Of a stretch of DNA of 64,000 nucleotides, positions 1 to 12,492 are shown one piece after another; the first letter of the stretch is position 1; every line of letters begins with the position of its first letter. The DNA lies in contig AP026176.1 in NCBI GenBank assembly GCA_030295235.1, positions 248,001 to 312,000 of the forward strand, in the 5' to 3' direction. This DNA is from Fistulifera solaris. Lineage: Eukaryota. Below the pieces are notes generated by a model, which saw nothing but the letters and a program-made list of their open reading frames with translations, had not been told where the DNA came from and did no database searches. Position numbers and translations under genes: made by a program.

Positions 1-443
1 GGTTTTCCAATCGATCAGAAGAATTGATAAAGGGGGGATATTTTGATTATGTGCGATGCTGCGATGCGCAAAAATGCAATGAAATAATAATAATAGTCAA
101 AGCGAGACTGATCAATCACGGATCTACTCGTTTTGCTTATACTAAAACGGTACTCGTTCTCTACACTTTGATCTATACAGTGGACTGACACCTCATGACA
201 TCACACCAACACGCACTTTGGACCTCATTCTCGTTTCTTCTCGCAAAATAATGCCACCGTCGCGTTTACTCGCGTCCTCCAATCCACACAACTAACTTAT
301 TTATTATTACCTTTTGACAGCTCTTTACCCTCCGAATCTTGTATATTTTTTTTAATCAATAGAGAGTACGGCTTACAGGAAACCGTTACGACCCGATTGA
401 ATGTGGATACTGGTAGGCTGAAGCGATTGACAAAATAACAGTT

Positions 444-2843
444 ATGTGGAGATTCATCCTTCGTCATCGTCCTGCCCGTCAGACCCGTTCCTTTTCACAA
501 CAATTACTTGTAGGGAGAATATCCTCTCGAATCGATTATGCGACTCCCGCATTTGCTGGATTGGTTTCCTGCATCATCGCTTGGGAGTTGTATCACCGCG
601 ATGAGTCCTCCGTTTGTGAAGGACGATTGCTACCCCACGTGCCACAATTGCCCACCAATCCTCGCAAAGAAACACTGCGGTTGTTACAAGAGATGTCGGA
701 TCAGGCGGAATTATCGACACGATATCAAGTGGATTGGGATGAAGGTCCCCTCGGGGTCGGTGCCTTTGGAACCGTGTATTGGGGAGTCGACAAGAAATCG
801 GGAGAACCCGTCGCTCTCAAAAAGATACCCAAGGAATTGACCGACGAAGAAGCCTTTTTACGAGAAATGACGGCGCTCATGCAAATTCAAAAAGCGGGCG
901 GTCATCCGTATATTTGTTCTCTGCGAGATTGTTACGCGGACGATCAGCATTATTATCTCATATTTGATTTAGTGAGTGGTGGCGAAATGTTTGATCATTT
1001 GGTCGATCAAGGATCGTACTCGGAACGCGATGCCGCGCGATTGGTGCGTGAAGTCGCGTCGGCGTTGGCGTTTTTGCATGGATTGGGGACGACGCATGGT
1101 GATTTGAAGCCGGAAAATCTCATGCTCAGTACGAAGAATCCCAGTGATGCCTGTATCAAATTGGTTGATTTCGGTTGTGCACTGGTGGAAGATGAAGATA
1201 ACGGCAAGGCGGTAGAGGAAGATGAGAATGCGGTTGCGGCCTTCACGGTCGCGTATTGTCCGCCGGAAATTTTACGAGCCGAAGATCCCACGATGAGTCC
1301 GGCCATGGATATGTGGGCACTAGGCGTTATATTGTATATCATGCTCACTGGAATACATCCTTTTGATCTACGGGGCGATTCTTCTGATGAAGAAATCGAA
1401 AAAACTATATTATCCGGCAAGAAACCGCCTCTTAGGAATTCGAGCATCGCATATCACCTTTCGGATTCAGCTATTGATATTATCGAAAAGCTCATTGAGC
1501 CGGATCCCAGCAAGCGACTCACCGCGGATGAAATGCTAGAGCATCCATGGGTCAACGGAACGACAGCTAGCAGCGATGCGATGACGGGAGCTTCAAAGAA
1601 ACTCTCTATGTTTCGTGCTTATCGAACCAAAATGTCAGCGAAAGTGTTTGCGAACATTGTTTCGTGGTCGGACGATGAAGGGGCCGATGATGTGTCAAAG
1701 CGTGTTTCATTGATTGAACGATCCTTTCGCGCATTTGATTCGAAGCAAAGAGGATATTTGACCAGAGAATCAGTGGAAGAACTACTACCTGATACGGAAA
1801 AGCCAAGGAAGAGTTCGTTTAGTTTGTTCGGCAAAAACGATCCTGCCAAGTTATCATTATCGGGTTTCTCGGATTTGCTAGCCGAGAACATGCAGAATAA
1901 GTATTTTCCCAAGAACCACATAGTCTACAAGGAGGGAAGTATAGGAAATCACATGTATTTTATCAACTCCGGAACAGTGCTGATCGAAACAGAAAGTGGC
2001 TCTGTTGTAACGAGAGGTGCTGGCGACTTTTTTGGCGAGGGCGCTTTGTTGAATCCAAAGAAAACTCGTTCAGCAACTATTCGGTGTTTGACACCGGTAC
2101 ATGCCATGGAAATTAGCCGCGAGTACTTTGAGAAATACTTGGCCTCGTCGGATGCCGACCTTCTTTTGACGCTCAAAGAGAAGGATATGATTCGGAAAAG
2201 GAATCGCGCGAAAATGATCTTACGTCTCCAGAAGAATCTGAAGGAAATGCAGTATCGAAATGGGCAAACCATCTTTTCCCCGGGTGATGCTAGTGACCAT
2301 TTGTTTATTGTGGAGAAGGGCAAGGTGGATATTCTGATGGATGGAAGCAATGTGTTCTCGGCGACTCCGGGAAACGTGTTTGGGGAGTATGCAGCCATCA
2401 CTGGGCGTCGCCGCAACTGCTCGGCAGAGTGTTCTGACAAAGACGGCTGTAAATTGCTAAAGATGATGGGTCGTGATTTTCGTAAACTGGTACAGCTTTC
2501 CCCCGAGCTGGGCAGTTCCTTGCGCGACTTATCTATACGGCGTGACTTCAAGAAGGCAGTTGTCAAGCGCATCAACAAGGAATTCCCATACAATGCACCG
2601 TTGGAAGCCTTCAATGCGATCCGAAGTAACATTTGCAGAGACGAATGCTTGTGTCAAGAAGCCATCAGCGTTTTGATGCGCGAACTAAATCCTGAATTTA
2701 CCGATGAAGAAATGGAGGAGGTGATGCGCACTTTGGGCCTTTCGAACAACGAATCATTATCGTTTGACGCGTTCAAAAGATTTTCATTGCTGACAAACAG
2801 CGGTCGAAAGCCATATGATGGATGCTATGCTGCCTGGTACTGA
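444..2843 (+). CDS. CaMK/CDPK-like Ser/Thr kinase with two cyclic-nucleotide-binding domains and EF-hand-like segments
   Basis: Kinase motifs GVGAFG, VALKKI, HGDLKPEN, DFG, YCPPE, DMWALG. Two cNMP domains (GDFFGEGALL..RSAT and GNVFGEYAAI..RRNCS). EF-like segments FRAFDSKQRGYLT and LSNNESLSFDAF. A likely homopolymer frameshift at 2775-2778 would give the C-terminus FKKIFIADKQRSKAI*. Confidence 0.88.
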   Translation: MWRFILRHRPARQTRSFSQQLLVGRISSRIDYATPAFAGLVSCIIAWELYHRDESSVCEGRLLPHVPQLPTNPRKETLRLLQEMSDQAELSTRYQVDWDEGPLGVGAFGTVYWGVDKKSGEPVALKKIPKELTDEEAFLREMTALMQIQKAGGHPYICSLRDCYADDQHYYLIFDLVSGGEMFDHLVDQGSYSERDAARLVREVASALAFLHGLGTTHGDLKPENLMLSTKNPSDACIKLVDFGCALVEDEDNGKAVEEDENAVAAFTVAYCPPEILRAEDPTMSPAMDMWALGVILYIMLTGIHPFDLRGDSSDEEIEKTILSGKKPPLRNSSIAYHLSDSAIDIIEKLIEPDPSKRLTADEMLEHPWVNGTTASSDAMTGASKKLSMFRAYRTKMSAKVFANIVSWSDDEGADDVSKRVSLIERSFRAFDSKQRGYLTRESVEELLPDTEKPRKSSFSLFGKNDPAKLSLSGFSDLLAENMQNKYFPKNHIVYKEGSIGNHMYFINSGTVLIETESGSVVTRGAGDFFGEGALLNPKKTRSATIRCLTPVHAMEISREYFEKYLASSDADLLLTLKEKDMIRKRNRAKMILRLQKNLKEMQYRNGQTIFSPGDASDHLFIVEKGKVDILMDGSNVFSATPGNVFGEYAAITGRRRNCSAECSDKDGCKLLKMMGRDFRKLVQLSPELGSSLRDLSIRRDFKKAVVKRINKEFPYNAPLEAFNAIRSNICRDECLCQEAISVLMRELNPEFTDEEMEEVMRTLGLSNNESLSFDAFKRFSLLTNSGRKPYDGCYAAWY

Positions 2844-3050
2844 ATCTTCAGAACGTAAAGAAGTTTCAGTCCAGTCTTTTAGTGTCAAAGACTACTGCCT
2901 GGTCAATGTATTTGATACAATACAAAATTCGCCGGAATTTTTTGCTATGCACTCCTCTATTGATGAGCAGCCATATAAGCTAGGGCAATGCTTGTTTATC
3001 AGGGATTAGCCCTAAAACATATCCTACCAGCTAAAGCGATGCGCATCAAA

Positions 3051-4196
3051 TCACAGATCATAGGACGGATTCTTTCCAAAGCGTTTCTCGAGCATTTGTT
3101 TTGCTCCTGGCACACGATAGAAAAAGCGGATGGAATATAGAAACACAAAAGCAACCTCAGAGGAGGCGTGTTCTTTGTTGGTCGATAGCGGAACGGGGTT
3201 AAGAATTGCCGGAAGCAGGATCGAATTGTGCCGATGAATCACGTTCACAAGTTCATCGACCTGTTGTCGTTGACTGTCAATGTCCACTACTGCATCATCA
3301 ATCAACATCTCTGCCACTGTGCTTTGAACCTCTTGAATACGTAGCCCCGACTCGGTTGTAAAGGCCACGTCGATAGACCGGTATATTGCATCATACGTCG
3401 CAACAATGCGACATTTGATAATGAGAAGGGCAACGAAAAATGCTAACGGCAGATCCAGATTGTAAGGAGCCGAAGGAAACGTATCGAACATGTTTCCATA
3501 GCGACAGTCTTTTTCGCGTGGGTAAATCCAGTCGCCCTCTTGACTCTGAAGAGTAAGGCGTTGTATCTCTTCCATGGTTTCACCCTCGATGGAAATCCAG
3601 TATCGCATAAAGTCAAAAGCGTCATCGTCACGGTGCAGATTCAAAAGAATAAAAGGTATAATAGTCAGCAAATCCGGTGCGCCGCTCACATCCAACCGCA
3701 GCAGCTCCAAGGCATGAAACAAAGCTTTCTCCCACACATGTTTGTTCTCTGTAGCATCTGCGGCTTGCCAATACGATTTCACCAGATTTAGACGGGCAAG
3801 CATGTACGTATCTGCGACATAGTACTGGCCCAAGATTCCGACCTGCGTCTCGAATAAATTTTTCGGTTCTTCGCCGGGGCGCAGACGCGTGTCGCGCAAA
3901 GGAACCGCCTCTTGCTCGACGAGTTTCCGATTTCGAGCAACTTTTAAGCAAATTGTTTTATGACCGAACTGGTAGTCAGCTTTTTGGCAATGACTGCTAC
4001 AGTACCAAATAGTGTGGCAACGCGAACAGCACCACAAGCCAGTGACGGGCCTCGCATAGCATGCCGCGCAACGCGGTTGTTCAAGAAAGCACCGATCTTT
4101 TCCGTCGTAAGCCGACGACATTCCGTCCGGATCGGAATCGTCTCGGAGAGATTTGAAGAAATTAGCAACGGATACCATTCTTGTAAGGCGCTGCAA
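3051..4196 (-). CDS. MYND zinc-finger protein
   Basis: CAAC..CSRC..WYCSSHCQKADY..HK..C MYND pattern near the N-terminus of a 381-aa ORF. Confidence 0.8.
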   Translation of the reverse strand: MQRLTRMVSVANFFKSLRDDSDPDGMSSAYDGKDRCFLEQPRCAACYARPVTGLWCCSRCHTIWYCSSHCQKADYQFGHKTICLKVARNRKLVEQEAVPLRDTRLRPGEEPKNLFETQVGILGQYYVADTYMLARLNLVKSYWQAADATENKHVWEKALFHALELLRLDVSGAPDLLTIIPFILLNLHRDDDAFDFMRYWISIEGETMEEIQRLTLQSQEGDWIYPREKDCRYGNMFDTFPSAPYNLDLPLAFFVALLIIKCRIVATYDAIYRSIDVAFTTESGLRIQEVQSTVAEMLIDDAVVDIDSQRQQVDELVNVIHRHNSILLPAILNPVPLSTNKEHASSEVAFVFLYSIRFFYRVPGAKQMLEKRFGKNPSYDL

Positions 4197-4678
4197 GCTT
4201 TTTTATGTGTTGTGTGATGATGATGGTTTAGTGTGTTGCTTATTCCCGCGCTCGTCGCTGCAAAAATGGCGACGACTCCTTCCTTCATCCTCTTTCTTTG
4301 TCTCGATGATTGATTCTCGATCTGACACGTGGGACACGTCACACCAGAGGGAATGTGGAGTCTGGAACTCAAAAAGCGATTTTTACAGTATGACCCTAAA
4401 TCGTAATCCTGAGTCAGACTACTTTTTAACTGATATAACACGGGGGTCATTGGTCATTCTGGAGGTGGAGAACAGGCGTCAGGTTCTGATTTGTTACCAC
4501 TATGACATGAGACTGTAGTCGGGGTTCTTCGCCAGTTCTTCGCGGTCCGCGAACGCAAAAGTGCGGTTCTCTTTTGAAACAAAAGAGTTTTTGTTTTCTT
4601 CGGCTGATGATGGCAAAGCATATTTTCTTTTCTATCAAATATTTGCTGTTCTTTCGTGGATAAAAGCAACATTTCAGC

Positions 4679-5918
4679 ATGGAAAGAGTTCACGTGGGCT
4701 GTCCTTGCGCAGCAAGCCTATGCTCATCCTTTTGTGCCCCCCATACGGCTCGCAAAACGCCCATTGAAACGTTACTTTCTCTTCTTTTACGACGACAAGA
4801 ACCGGTCGATTATGACTCGATATACTCCGTATTCGCACCCGAAGATGTTGCCACGTTACAACTTTTGTCGGACCCGCTCGACGACTGGAGTGTCGTGGCG
4901 GACTTGCTGCATCGCGGAGCCAATGTGCATGTCTGCGACAACACGAACTCGACTCCCCCTGTTGCGGGCGACCCGGAATGGCCAGTATCGTGTCGTGGAA
5001 TTGTTATTGCAGTCGGGTGCTGATCCAGCACATCAAGACTTTACGGGATTGACCGCTCTCGATTGGGCGACGCATTATGGTGAAATTTCTTTGATCCGAT
5101 TACTCCTTCCGTACTATGTCAATTCGGCCGTTTTGCTGGTCGCCGTGGATCGCAACATGCCGGACGTGGTGAGACTATTTTGCAGCGATACTCGATTGGA
5201 TGTGAACTATAAAAATGAAGAAGGATCTACGGCTTTGCACAATGCCTGTAGTGCAGGCTTTGAGGAAGTGGTGAATGTTTTATTGCAGCATTCCGAATTA
5301 CAAGTGGATGTCATGGACGCGTCCGGCGCGACACCTTTGCTTCGAGCGTGTCAGCACAATCATCGAAGTATTGCAATCGCTTTACTAGAAGCAGGAGCAG
5401 ATATAAATCACGCGGATCAATCCGGTAATACGCCGTTGCTCATAGCTACCAAATGTGGATATGTCAAGTTTGTGAAGATTCTATTACGCTACGGAGCCAA
5501 TGTCAATGTGCGCGACTCGTACGGAGCGACCGTGCTGCTCGCCGCCTGTAACCACGATTCTACCAGTATCCTCCAACTTATTTTACCAAAAGTGAGCAAC
5601 GTCGAAGAAACCGATTCGTGTCATCTGAGTCCTTTGTTTCTGGCTACTGATCGAGGGAACCGAGAAATGGTCCGTCTTTTGCTACAAGCGGGTGCATCCA
5701 TACACGAGTCCGATGATGATTTCACTCCCTTTTTGTTAGCGATTGCCCAAGGACGGACCGAGATTGTCTCCGAAATGCTGCAGCATGGCACTTCTGCGGA
5801 CGATGATCCGACACCACTACAAACCGCCCTGTCGGCCGATCACTTGGATGTGGTGTACCTATTGTTGCGAGACGATCCCGTAGCACAATTGCAGACAATA
5901 TTTAGTGGCGCGTGTTAA
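4679..5918 (+). CDS. Ankyrin-repeat protein (apparent frameshift at 4955-4959)
   Basis: Repeated TPLLxA / GADxN ankyrin motifs. ORF 4679 (..LLHRGANVHVCDNTNSTP) joins the downstream frame (LLRATRNG) if one C is removed from CCCCC. Confidence 0.85.
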
Positions 5919-6159
5919 GTTTAGAAGTTTTTTTCACTTGGAATTGTGAGCTAACGGGCGTATAGAAGTAGAATGCGGATCGAAAACGGGAGGACATTTG
6001 AACCCGGATGTTTCTTGTACTGCTCGCTTTATACTCCATGGTATATCGGAAAATTCGCGACCATCATGTTCATCCTGCGCATCATAATTCAAACTACTTT
6101 CACAATAAGAAAAAATATCGAATCAGAAATATACTCTTCCAGGTGTTACAGCAAAAATA

Positions 6160-7473
6160 ATGAGTGATGCACAGAAGGCAACAACGAAGAGACGAAGTCA
6201 TCGGGAACCAACAATCGACCTGCCCGCCGGAAAGTGCGCCTTGGTGGCGGAGCGCTACGAAAAAGTAGGACGCATCGGCGAAGGATCGTATGGAGTTGTC
6301 TACAAAGCGATTGATCGTCAAACCAATCGTACCGTCGCTTTGAAACGATGTATACCGCATCATGAATCCAGTGATGGATTTCCTATAACGAGTGAGTGCT
6401 TGTTGTTTGTGTGTTCTCGAAGGCGTCGTAATCGTAACTTTCCTCTAGAGAAAACTCGGTGAAGACAAGTTCGTTGCCAGAGCAAAAAAATTAGTTTTAC
6501 TGACCGAAGGTTTTTTATTCCTATTTTCACGCAGCTTTACGAGAAATTGAATCACTCAAACTATGTTCGAAACATCCCAACATTGTTGGTCTTCACCAAG
6601 TGGCCGTTTCCGAAAGTGGCGGTGTCTTTCTGGTGTTTGAACATTGCGAAAAGGATCTAGCCGCTATCTTGGATTATTATTATGAAAGACACAAGAGTAG
6701 TCCTTTTTCAGAAGCATCGGTCAAGCGTTTGTTCCTACAATTACTCGGTGCACTCGAGTATTTACACGATCATCATCTAATTCATCGCGATGTAAGTAAG
6801 AAATGAGAAAGAAATGGATCTGATTCTTTTTCCCCTCTGGAAGGTTCGTCTCACATGAATAAGCTTTCGTTTTTTAGCTAAAACTCAGCAATCTTTTGTA
6901 CAAGGAAGGATCTTTGAAGCTCGCCGATTTCGGCTTGTCTCGGCCGTTTTCCACGGGGATGCCTGCATTGACTCCCACGGTGGCTTCCCTTTGGTATCGT
7001 CCTCCCGAACTTCTTCTGGGTGCTACGACATACACGCAGTCTATCGATATGTGGGCGTCGGGATGCATATGGTGTGAACTATTGCTGGGGTCCCCGCTCT
7101 TTCCGTGAGTTGCAATAACTTGTGTGTGCCACTTGTACTTGTCGTAATATTGTCTCTCATGCCTCCGCTTAATAGAGGAAAGACGGAAATGGAGCAACTC
7201 AACAAAATTTTTAATGCACTGGGAGTCCCCAGCGAATGGCCGACGTCTTTGAAAGACCTACCGTTGATAAAGCGCATTGGACTTTTACCGACGCCGACGA
7301 AAGAGTTACTGGATCGTTTTGCTTTCTTGGAGGTGACAGGACTTCGAATGCTAACATCTCTCTTAAATTACGATTTTGAGCAACGATGGACGGCAAGTCA
7401 AGCTCTCGAGTCGCCTTATTTTCTTGAAAAGCCACTTCCGACTCCAGAAAGTGAAATGAGACGATTTGTGTAA
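6160..7473 (+). CDS. CDK10/CDK11 (PITSLRE-family) cyclin-dependent kinase, 4 exons
   Basis: GT-AG introns at 6392-6534, 6792-6877 and 7105-7175 restore GEGSYG, GFPITTLREI, HRDLKLSNLL, DFG and SLWYRPPELLLG. Confidence 0.9.
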
Positions 7474-7712
7474 AAAAAGTCCTCTTTGAGACTCTGAATG
7501 AGTAAACTCAGCCGTGGCTATGGTTCCTCTTTCGCTTTTGCATCGTGGTCAACGAGGCTTTGAGATGGTGTACACACCCTAGCCGTGCTCGGGTGCGTGA
7601 GAAAACCATTTTGATTCTGAGCACGGGGTCTCGTTTGGCGAAATCTGCAACCTCAAAGGATTTGCGACTTTGACGTATAAGCTTTTTCGATGTCATAAGA
7701 TGTCCGCTGCCG

Positions 7713-9719
7713 TTATAATTTCTCATCGACACGGCTTAAATTCATTTCGTCGCCGTCGAAAATGCCGTTGCTGTCTTCGTCGAATGTATTCATACTTGTG
7801 TTCGGAGATAAATCAGTCAACGAATCTGATTTCACTGAAGAAAACACAGCTTCATCCGAATTTGATGGGTTCACATCCTCGGACACTCCTTTGTTTTGAT
7901 TCGTGACAGACCTTTCCTTGGCTCTCCCTTGTCGACGCTTGCATCTTATACCCAGTATGAGTATGGTTACCACGAAAAGAGCTCCTAATAGAACAACCAG
8001 CATCATTTGAATCGCAGATAATGGTTTGTCACCGTTGATTGGGCCTTGCTCCTGCGACGCAGTTGGGTCTACAGCAATCGTGGTAGTATTGGTGACAGGC
8101 TTTAGGGTTGACGCTTCGCTTGGTGCCGTATTTGCGATGGCCTTTTGAGGAGCAGGATTGGTTTCTTTCAAAAGCGTCGGTGTATGAGATGGTACCATTA
8201 AATCGACAGCAGTGTGGTGTGGGCTAATTATAGAATGTCTGGTTGGTGACGCTGATGGGGTCAGTGTGGGTGATATTGATGTTGAGATTTGCTGGCCTGA
8301 TGGTTTGAGTGATGGGGTAGGAAGCATAGATGGGCTGGGGGTTGGAAACGTAGACGGTTCCTGCGTCACTGCGACTCCACAGTCCGTCTTCGATGGCCCG
8401 ATGCTGAGTTCGACGTAATTCGGATTGGAGAAGGCGTTGACTCGGCAAACTTCTATCATGATTCCTATTGGTGACTGCCAATACCGCGATTGCGAGTCTA
8501 AACCAGCAACTAAATTCGTTTTGTGGTCACCCGATTCCACAATCGTTACCATATCTCGCATCTCGCTTGTGTCCACATTGAATTTGGTGGCGCGATTGTA
8601 TTGCAAGTAATAATTCCCCAATTTGATAATGACGTAGTGTTCATCTGTGGTCCCATCATAGTCTACAAATGCCGCGAGTTTGACATTTATTGGCGATGTT
8701 AGCGCATCGTTATCGATTTCCAGTGTACGAGAATACCAGCCTAAATGCCAGTGATTGGGTCCATTGTAACACTTTCGCGGATAATACATCTGCTGAGGCG
8801 CAGTTCCCATATATCCGGTGTGATCTTCATACTCGATTCCATTTTCATAGGCGTGAGGCAAACCCAAGTTGTGACTTTGATGAGGAATTAGAAGATCGGA
8901 ACGATGATGTCTTCAGCAGTATTCCTTAAATGCATAACGTACCCGATTTCGTGCATGGTGGCCCCCAAGTAGCCGGCCCATAGATTATTATAGCTAGTAT
9001 GCTTTCCATTGAACGAGCCAAATGCGGTCCAGCCTCCCAATGTTCCTGGTGGCACTACCACCATGACTCCATCGACCAAATCCAGAATAGTATCAACGTC
9101 TTCTTTCACCAACGTCTTGGCAACTTGGTAGGCTTCTTCGACCAATAAGGTATGCTGCGTGTTTGTGGCATTCTTTTGGACTCGCACATCCAATACGCCG
9201 TATTCGGTCGGAACGATCTGCAGCTTTCCGAACGAACACTGTTCCATTTGTCCGCGGAGCGAGGCGTCGTCCACAAACGTCAAATTATACAACTGTTCCG
9301 ACGATAAGTCAGGTTCCGAGTCCAGTGCAATAATGCGAAGCAGCAGTATTTGGTACGTCCCGCTCGTTTTCGACAACTGTCGTTGTTTATGCAGCGGCAA
9401 TAGTGGAGGAAGAGTCATATTGGTATGAACCGTCACGGTCGTATGTTTTATCCACTCGTCACGTATGGACACCCCATATGGGTTCGTAATTCAAAAGCCG
9501 CGAGCGAAGACTGTGAAACAATTCCTTGGACAGATTTTTCACTTCGTATGAAAACGAGCCACGACGAGGTTGGCAGCCGATGCTTTCTTCGTGACGGAAT
9601 GGGTAATATCGGACTGTATTAAGGCACAATTGGCAGACATGCCCCGACCATGCACCATGAAGAACAATGAGTACTGATATCTTTGATGATGCCCGGAACG
9701 TCCAACTGGTGTGTGGCAT
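7713..9719 (-). CDS. Peptidase M11 (gametolysin-like) zinc metalloprotease with Pro/Ser/Thr stalk and C-terminal TM helix
   Basis: Intron 8875-8942 restores MHEIGHNLGLPHA. EYEDHTGYMG Met-turn and CYNGPNHWHLGW are present, followed by a PSxxPT-rich stalk and a hydrophobic helix. Apparent frameshift at 9472-9475; start uncertain. Confidence 0.8.
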
Positions 9720-10126
9720 CCCTGTAGGAAAAAATGGTGGAAAATGGTCTCGCAAAGTCCAAAGCGCTCATCATCTTGTTTTTCGAAAACCTTTTTCCGT
9801 TGCTCAATCCAACGTTCTTTCTTTGGCTAAGTGACTTTCACCGACTATTATGAGAAAATTCTTTAAATGATTACTACCATGAAGGTTTTGAATACTTAAG
9901 TTGTAAAGCCAATCAAAATGTTAAGTAAAAAATTACATATGGATCAACGGAAAGTAGATGTTGCCACATCAAAGACGCTCGACGCTCGACGTCAGACTCA
10001 ATTCCGCGACCGTCCGTCCATTCCGATTGTGAAAAAGTGACTTCCTCGATCATCTTCATGGAATGCACCCGGCAATCATGCAATGAACACAACAACGCCT
10101 TTTCGAAGAAATGATTCAGCAGTAGA

Positions 10127-10921
10127 ATGATGTACAAGTCGCTGGGCATCACTCTTCTAACATTGGCAAATCGATCACGGTCCTCTCGTGCGCTGTCGAC
10201 GGAATATACCATTACTTGTCCTTCCCTGGACTCCGAAACATTACGAAACGAAGTCCAAAAGCATTGTGATAGCCTGGATTTATATCTAACCAGAAAACCT
10301 GTCTCGCTTCATTCACTGACAGCCTTTTCCGAACTCAGTCGTCAGCTGCCGAGCAACGATGCGCCCCTGATACTCGACAGCGGATGTGGAACAGGACGAT
10401 CGTCGCTGCGTTTGGGAGAAATGTATCCGGCCAGCCATATCATTGGAGTGGATCGGTCGATTGCACGGCTTTCCCGTCATATCCGTCGTCCCGACAGTTT
10501 GGTCGAACAAGTATCGGACAACGTTTGGTTGGTGCGGGCGGAACTGGTGGATTTCTGGCGTTGTTGTCGTGAACAACTATGGTCGTTTGAGCGACATTAT
10601 TTGCTGTATCCAAATCCGTATCCCAAAAAAGTACGATATAAAAGCCGTTGGTACGCACATCCCTGCTTTCCCCTCTTGTTGCAGTTACCGGCCTCCGAAT
10701 TCATTGTGCGATCCAATTGGTTCCAATATTTAGAAGATTTTCGCGATGCCGTCGACATCGCTGCGAATTACCAGAAGGAATGTTCGATCTTTCAGACTTC
10801 GAATGTAGAACGACTGATACCGAGTGAGCCAGACGCCTTGACGAATTTCGAACAAAAATACTGGAATGTTGGCGAGCCAACCTATGAGCTTGTTCTTACC
10901 GCAAAGAGTGCCGATGTGTAA
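10127..10921 (+). CDS. SAM-dependent methyltransferase, TrmB-like (tRNA m7G46)
   Basis: LDSGCGTGRS SAM motif, GVDRS, YLLYPNPYPK and TNFEQKY. Confidence 0.75.
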   Translation: MMYKSLGITLLTLANRSRSSRALSTEYTITCPSLDSETLRNEVQKHCDSLDLYLTRKPVSLHSLTAFSELSRQLPSNDAPLILDSGCGTGRSSLRLGEMYPASHIIGVDRSIARLSRHIRRPDSLVEQVSDNVWLVRAELVDFWRCCREQLWSFERHYLLYPNPYPKKVRYKSRWYAHPCFPLLLQLPASEFIVRSNWFQYLEDFRDAVDIAANYQKECSIFQTSNVERLIPSEPDALTNFEQKYWNVGEPTYELVLTAKSADV

Positions 10922-11191
10922 TGATTGCGCCGGAAGTTTCACTTATGAAAACTGGGGATCGTGCTTGAAAATAGCCCTGAAAACGAGGAGTTCAAGCACA
11001 GTCTGTCAAATGAAGGACCGTTATATTCTACTTTGAAAGCGATGCTGACTTGCGTGAGTCTCCAAAAACGACGGAGACTTGGTGTCAACAGAATTCGAAA
11101 TGGCTTTCTCAAATTGACTGTATCCACCGACACCTTATGGAGAGTTGAAGTCAATACATTGTACTAACGAGTTGCGCTATGGTTTTTTTTG

Positions 11192-12492
11192 TTACGATTG
11201 CGCCTCATCATATCGTATCATCTCGGCAATCTCGTGTGCTGCAAGTATCGCATTACGGCCTTCGTTACTATGAAACATCAATGAATGATCGTGGCCGACG
11301 TTGGGTACAATGGAATGACGATGTTGTGTAATACCGACGCGCCGCATGGATTCCACGTAACGAACATGTCGTTCCAAACGATTCGTCCCCTGCCACAGAT
11401 CCATACAAGTTGTCTCCAAACCATGTGAAAAGCACCAGCCGTCTGTATCGTACTGGGAAACGTTGCATCGATCCTGTCCTCCTACCAGATAAATGATATC
11501 CCGATCCGCGAATCGGTGGATCAGATGGTCTGTTCCGTTCATACCGATGATTGCGGATTTAACATACTGAGGTACAATATTTGAAAAATTGCCTGGTACA
11601 ACATCCAAGCCCCATTGCCAACGATTGTACTCCGGACAAGTTTTTTCAGCATTGGGTATCATCCACTGTGCTCGGTCTTCGTCGTACCGCTCGGGTGAAA
11701 GATACGCGTAACTGGACGGGTTGGTGACGACGACTCGGATTCGGTTCCGAAACGCATCCAGTGACGACAAAAGTCCCCATCGCTGCACGAATTGACCACC
11801 GGCCGAATGACCCACGACCGTGACATGTTTCGTCGTTTGCAACAAATAATCCACCAAAGCATCCATTGCTTCGAACGAACTGATCGAACTGTTGCGTGCC
11901 TCCGCGCCGTATCTCCACGGATTGTCACTGCCCCGTGCATCGAGGTCGTTCCAACTTAAGAAGGATGCATCCACAGTTTGATCCTCTCCCAGAAACCAAG
12001 GTGCTACGACCCACATGGAAGAGTCGTCGATCAAATCAAGCATCGTGCAAAAGTAATCGTCCGCATTGCGCGCCGCACCGTGCACCACGACAATGGCTTG
12101 TTGATTCTCTCGCGCGCCGTGAGACGAAAAATACGCCAGCAAATGATTCTCTCGCACGAGAAGACCCCGCAATTGCAACAAGGATGTATCTCTAATACGA
12201 CATAATGGATAACGCGGCATGCGCTGCACCAATGGATCGGTACTGTGTTGTGCTTGACAAAAGAATCACCGACGCAAGCATAGCCAACGGCACAGCCCGT
12301 TCGGTGATCAGGGCAACACGTGGCGTTGTAAGCTCCCATATCACTCGAAATGCATCCTGCAGAGCAACACGTATTTGAGGCAGGACAATAATATTCCGTC
12401 GAACACGTCTCGAAGGAAGTTAGTCGCTTTTCCGTTTTCCCGGAGCAGAGGAAGCTTCGTGCAACGAACAGAAGCAGAAAGAGGAGATTCAT
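11192..12492 (-). CDS. Secreted alpha/beta hydrolase with Cys-rich granulin-like N-terminus (apparent frameshift 12259-12262)
   Basis: Signal-like MNLLFLLLFVARS; C..YCP..TCC..C..TCCPD..GC..GYAC; VVHG, GHSAGGQF nucleophile elbow and VGHDH. The frames join as GDSFCQAQHSTDPLVQRMP when one T is added. Confidence 0.75.
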
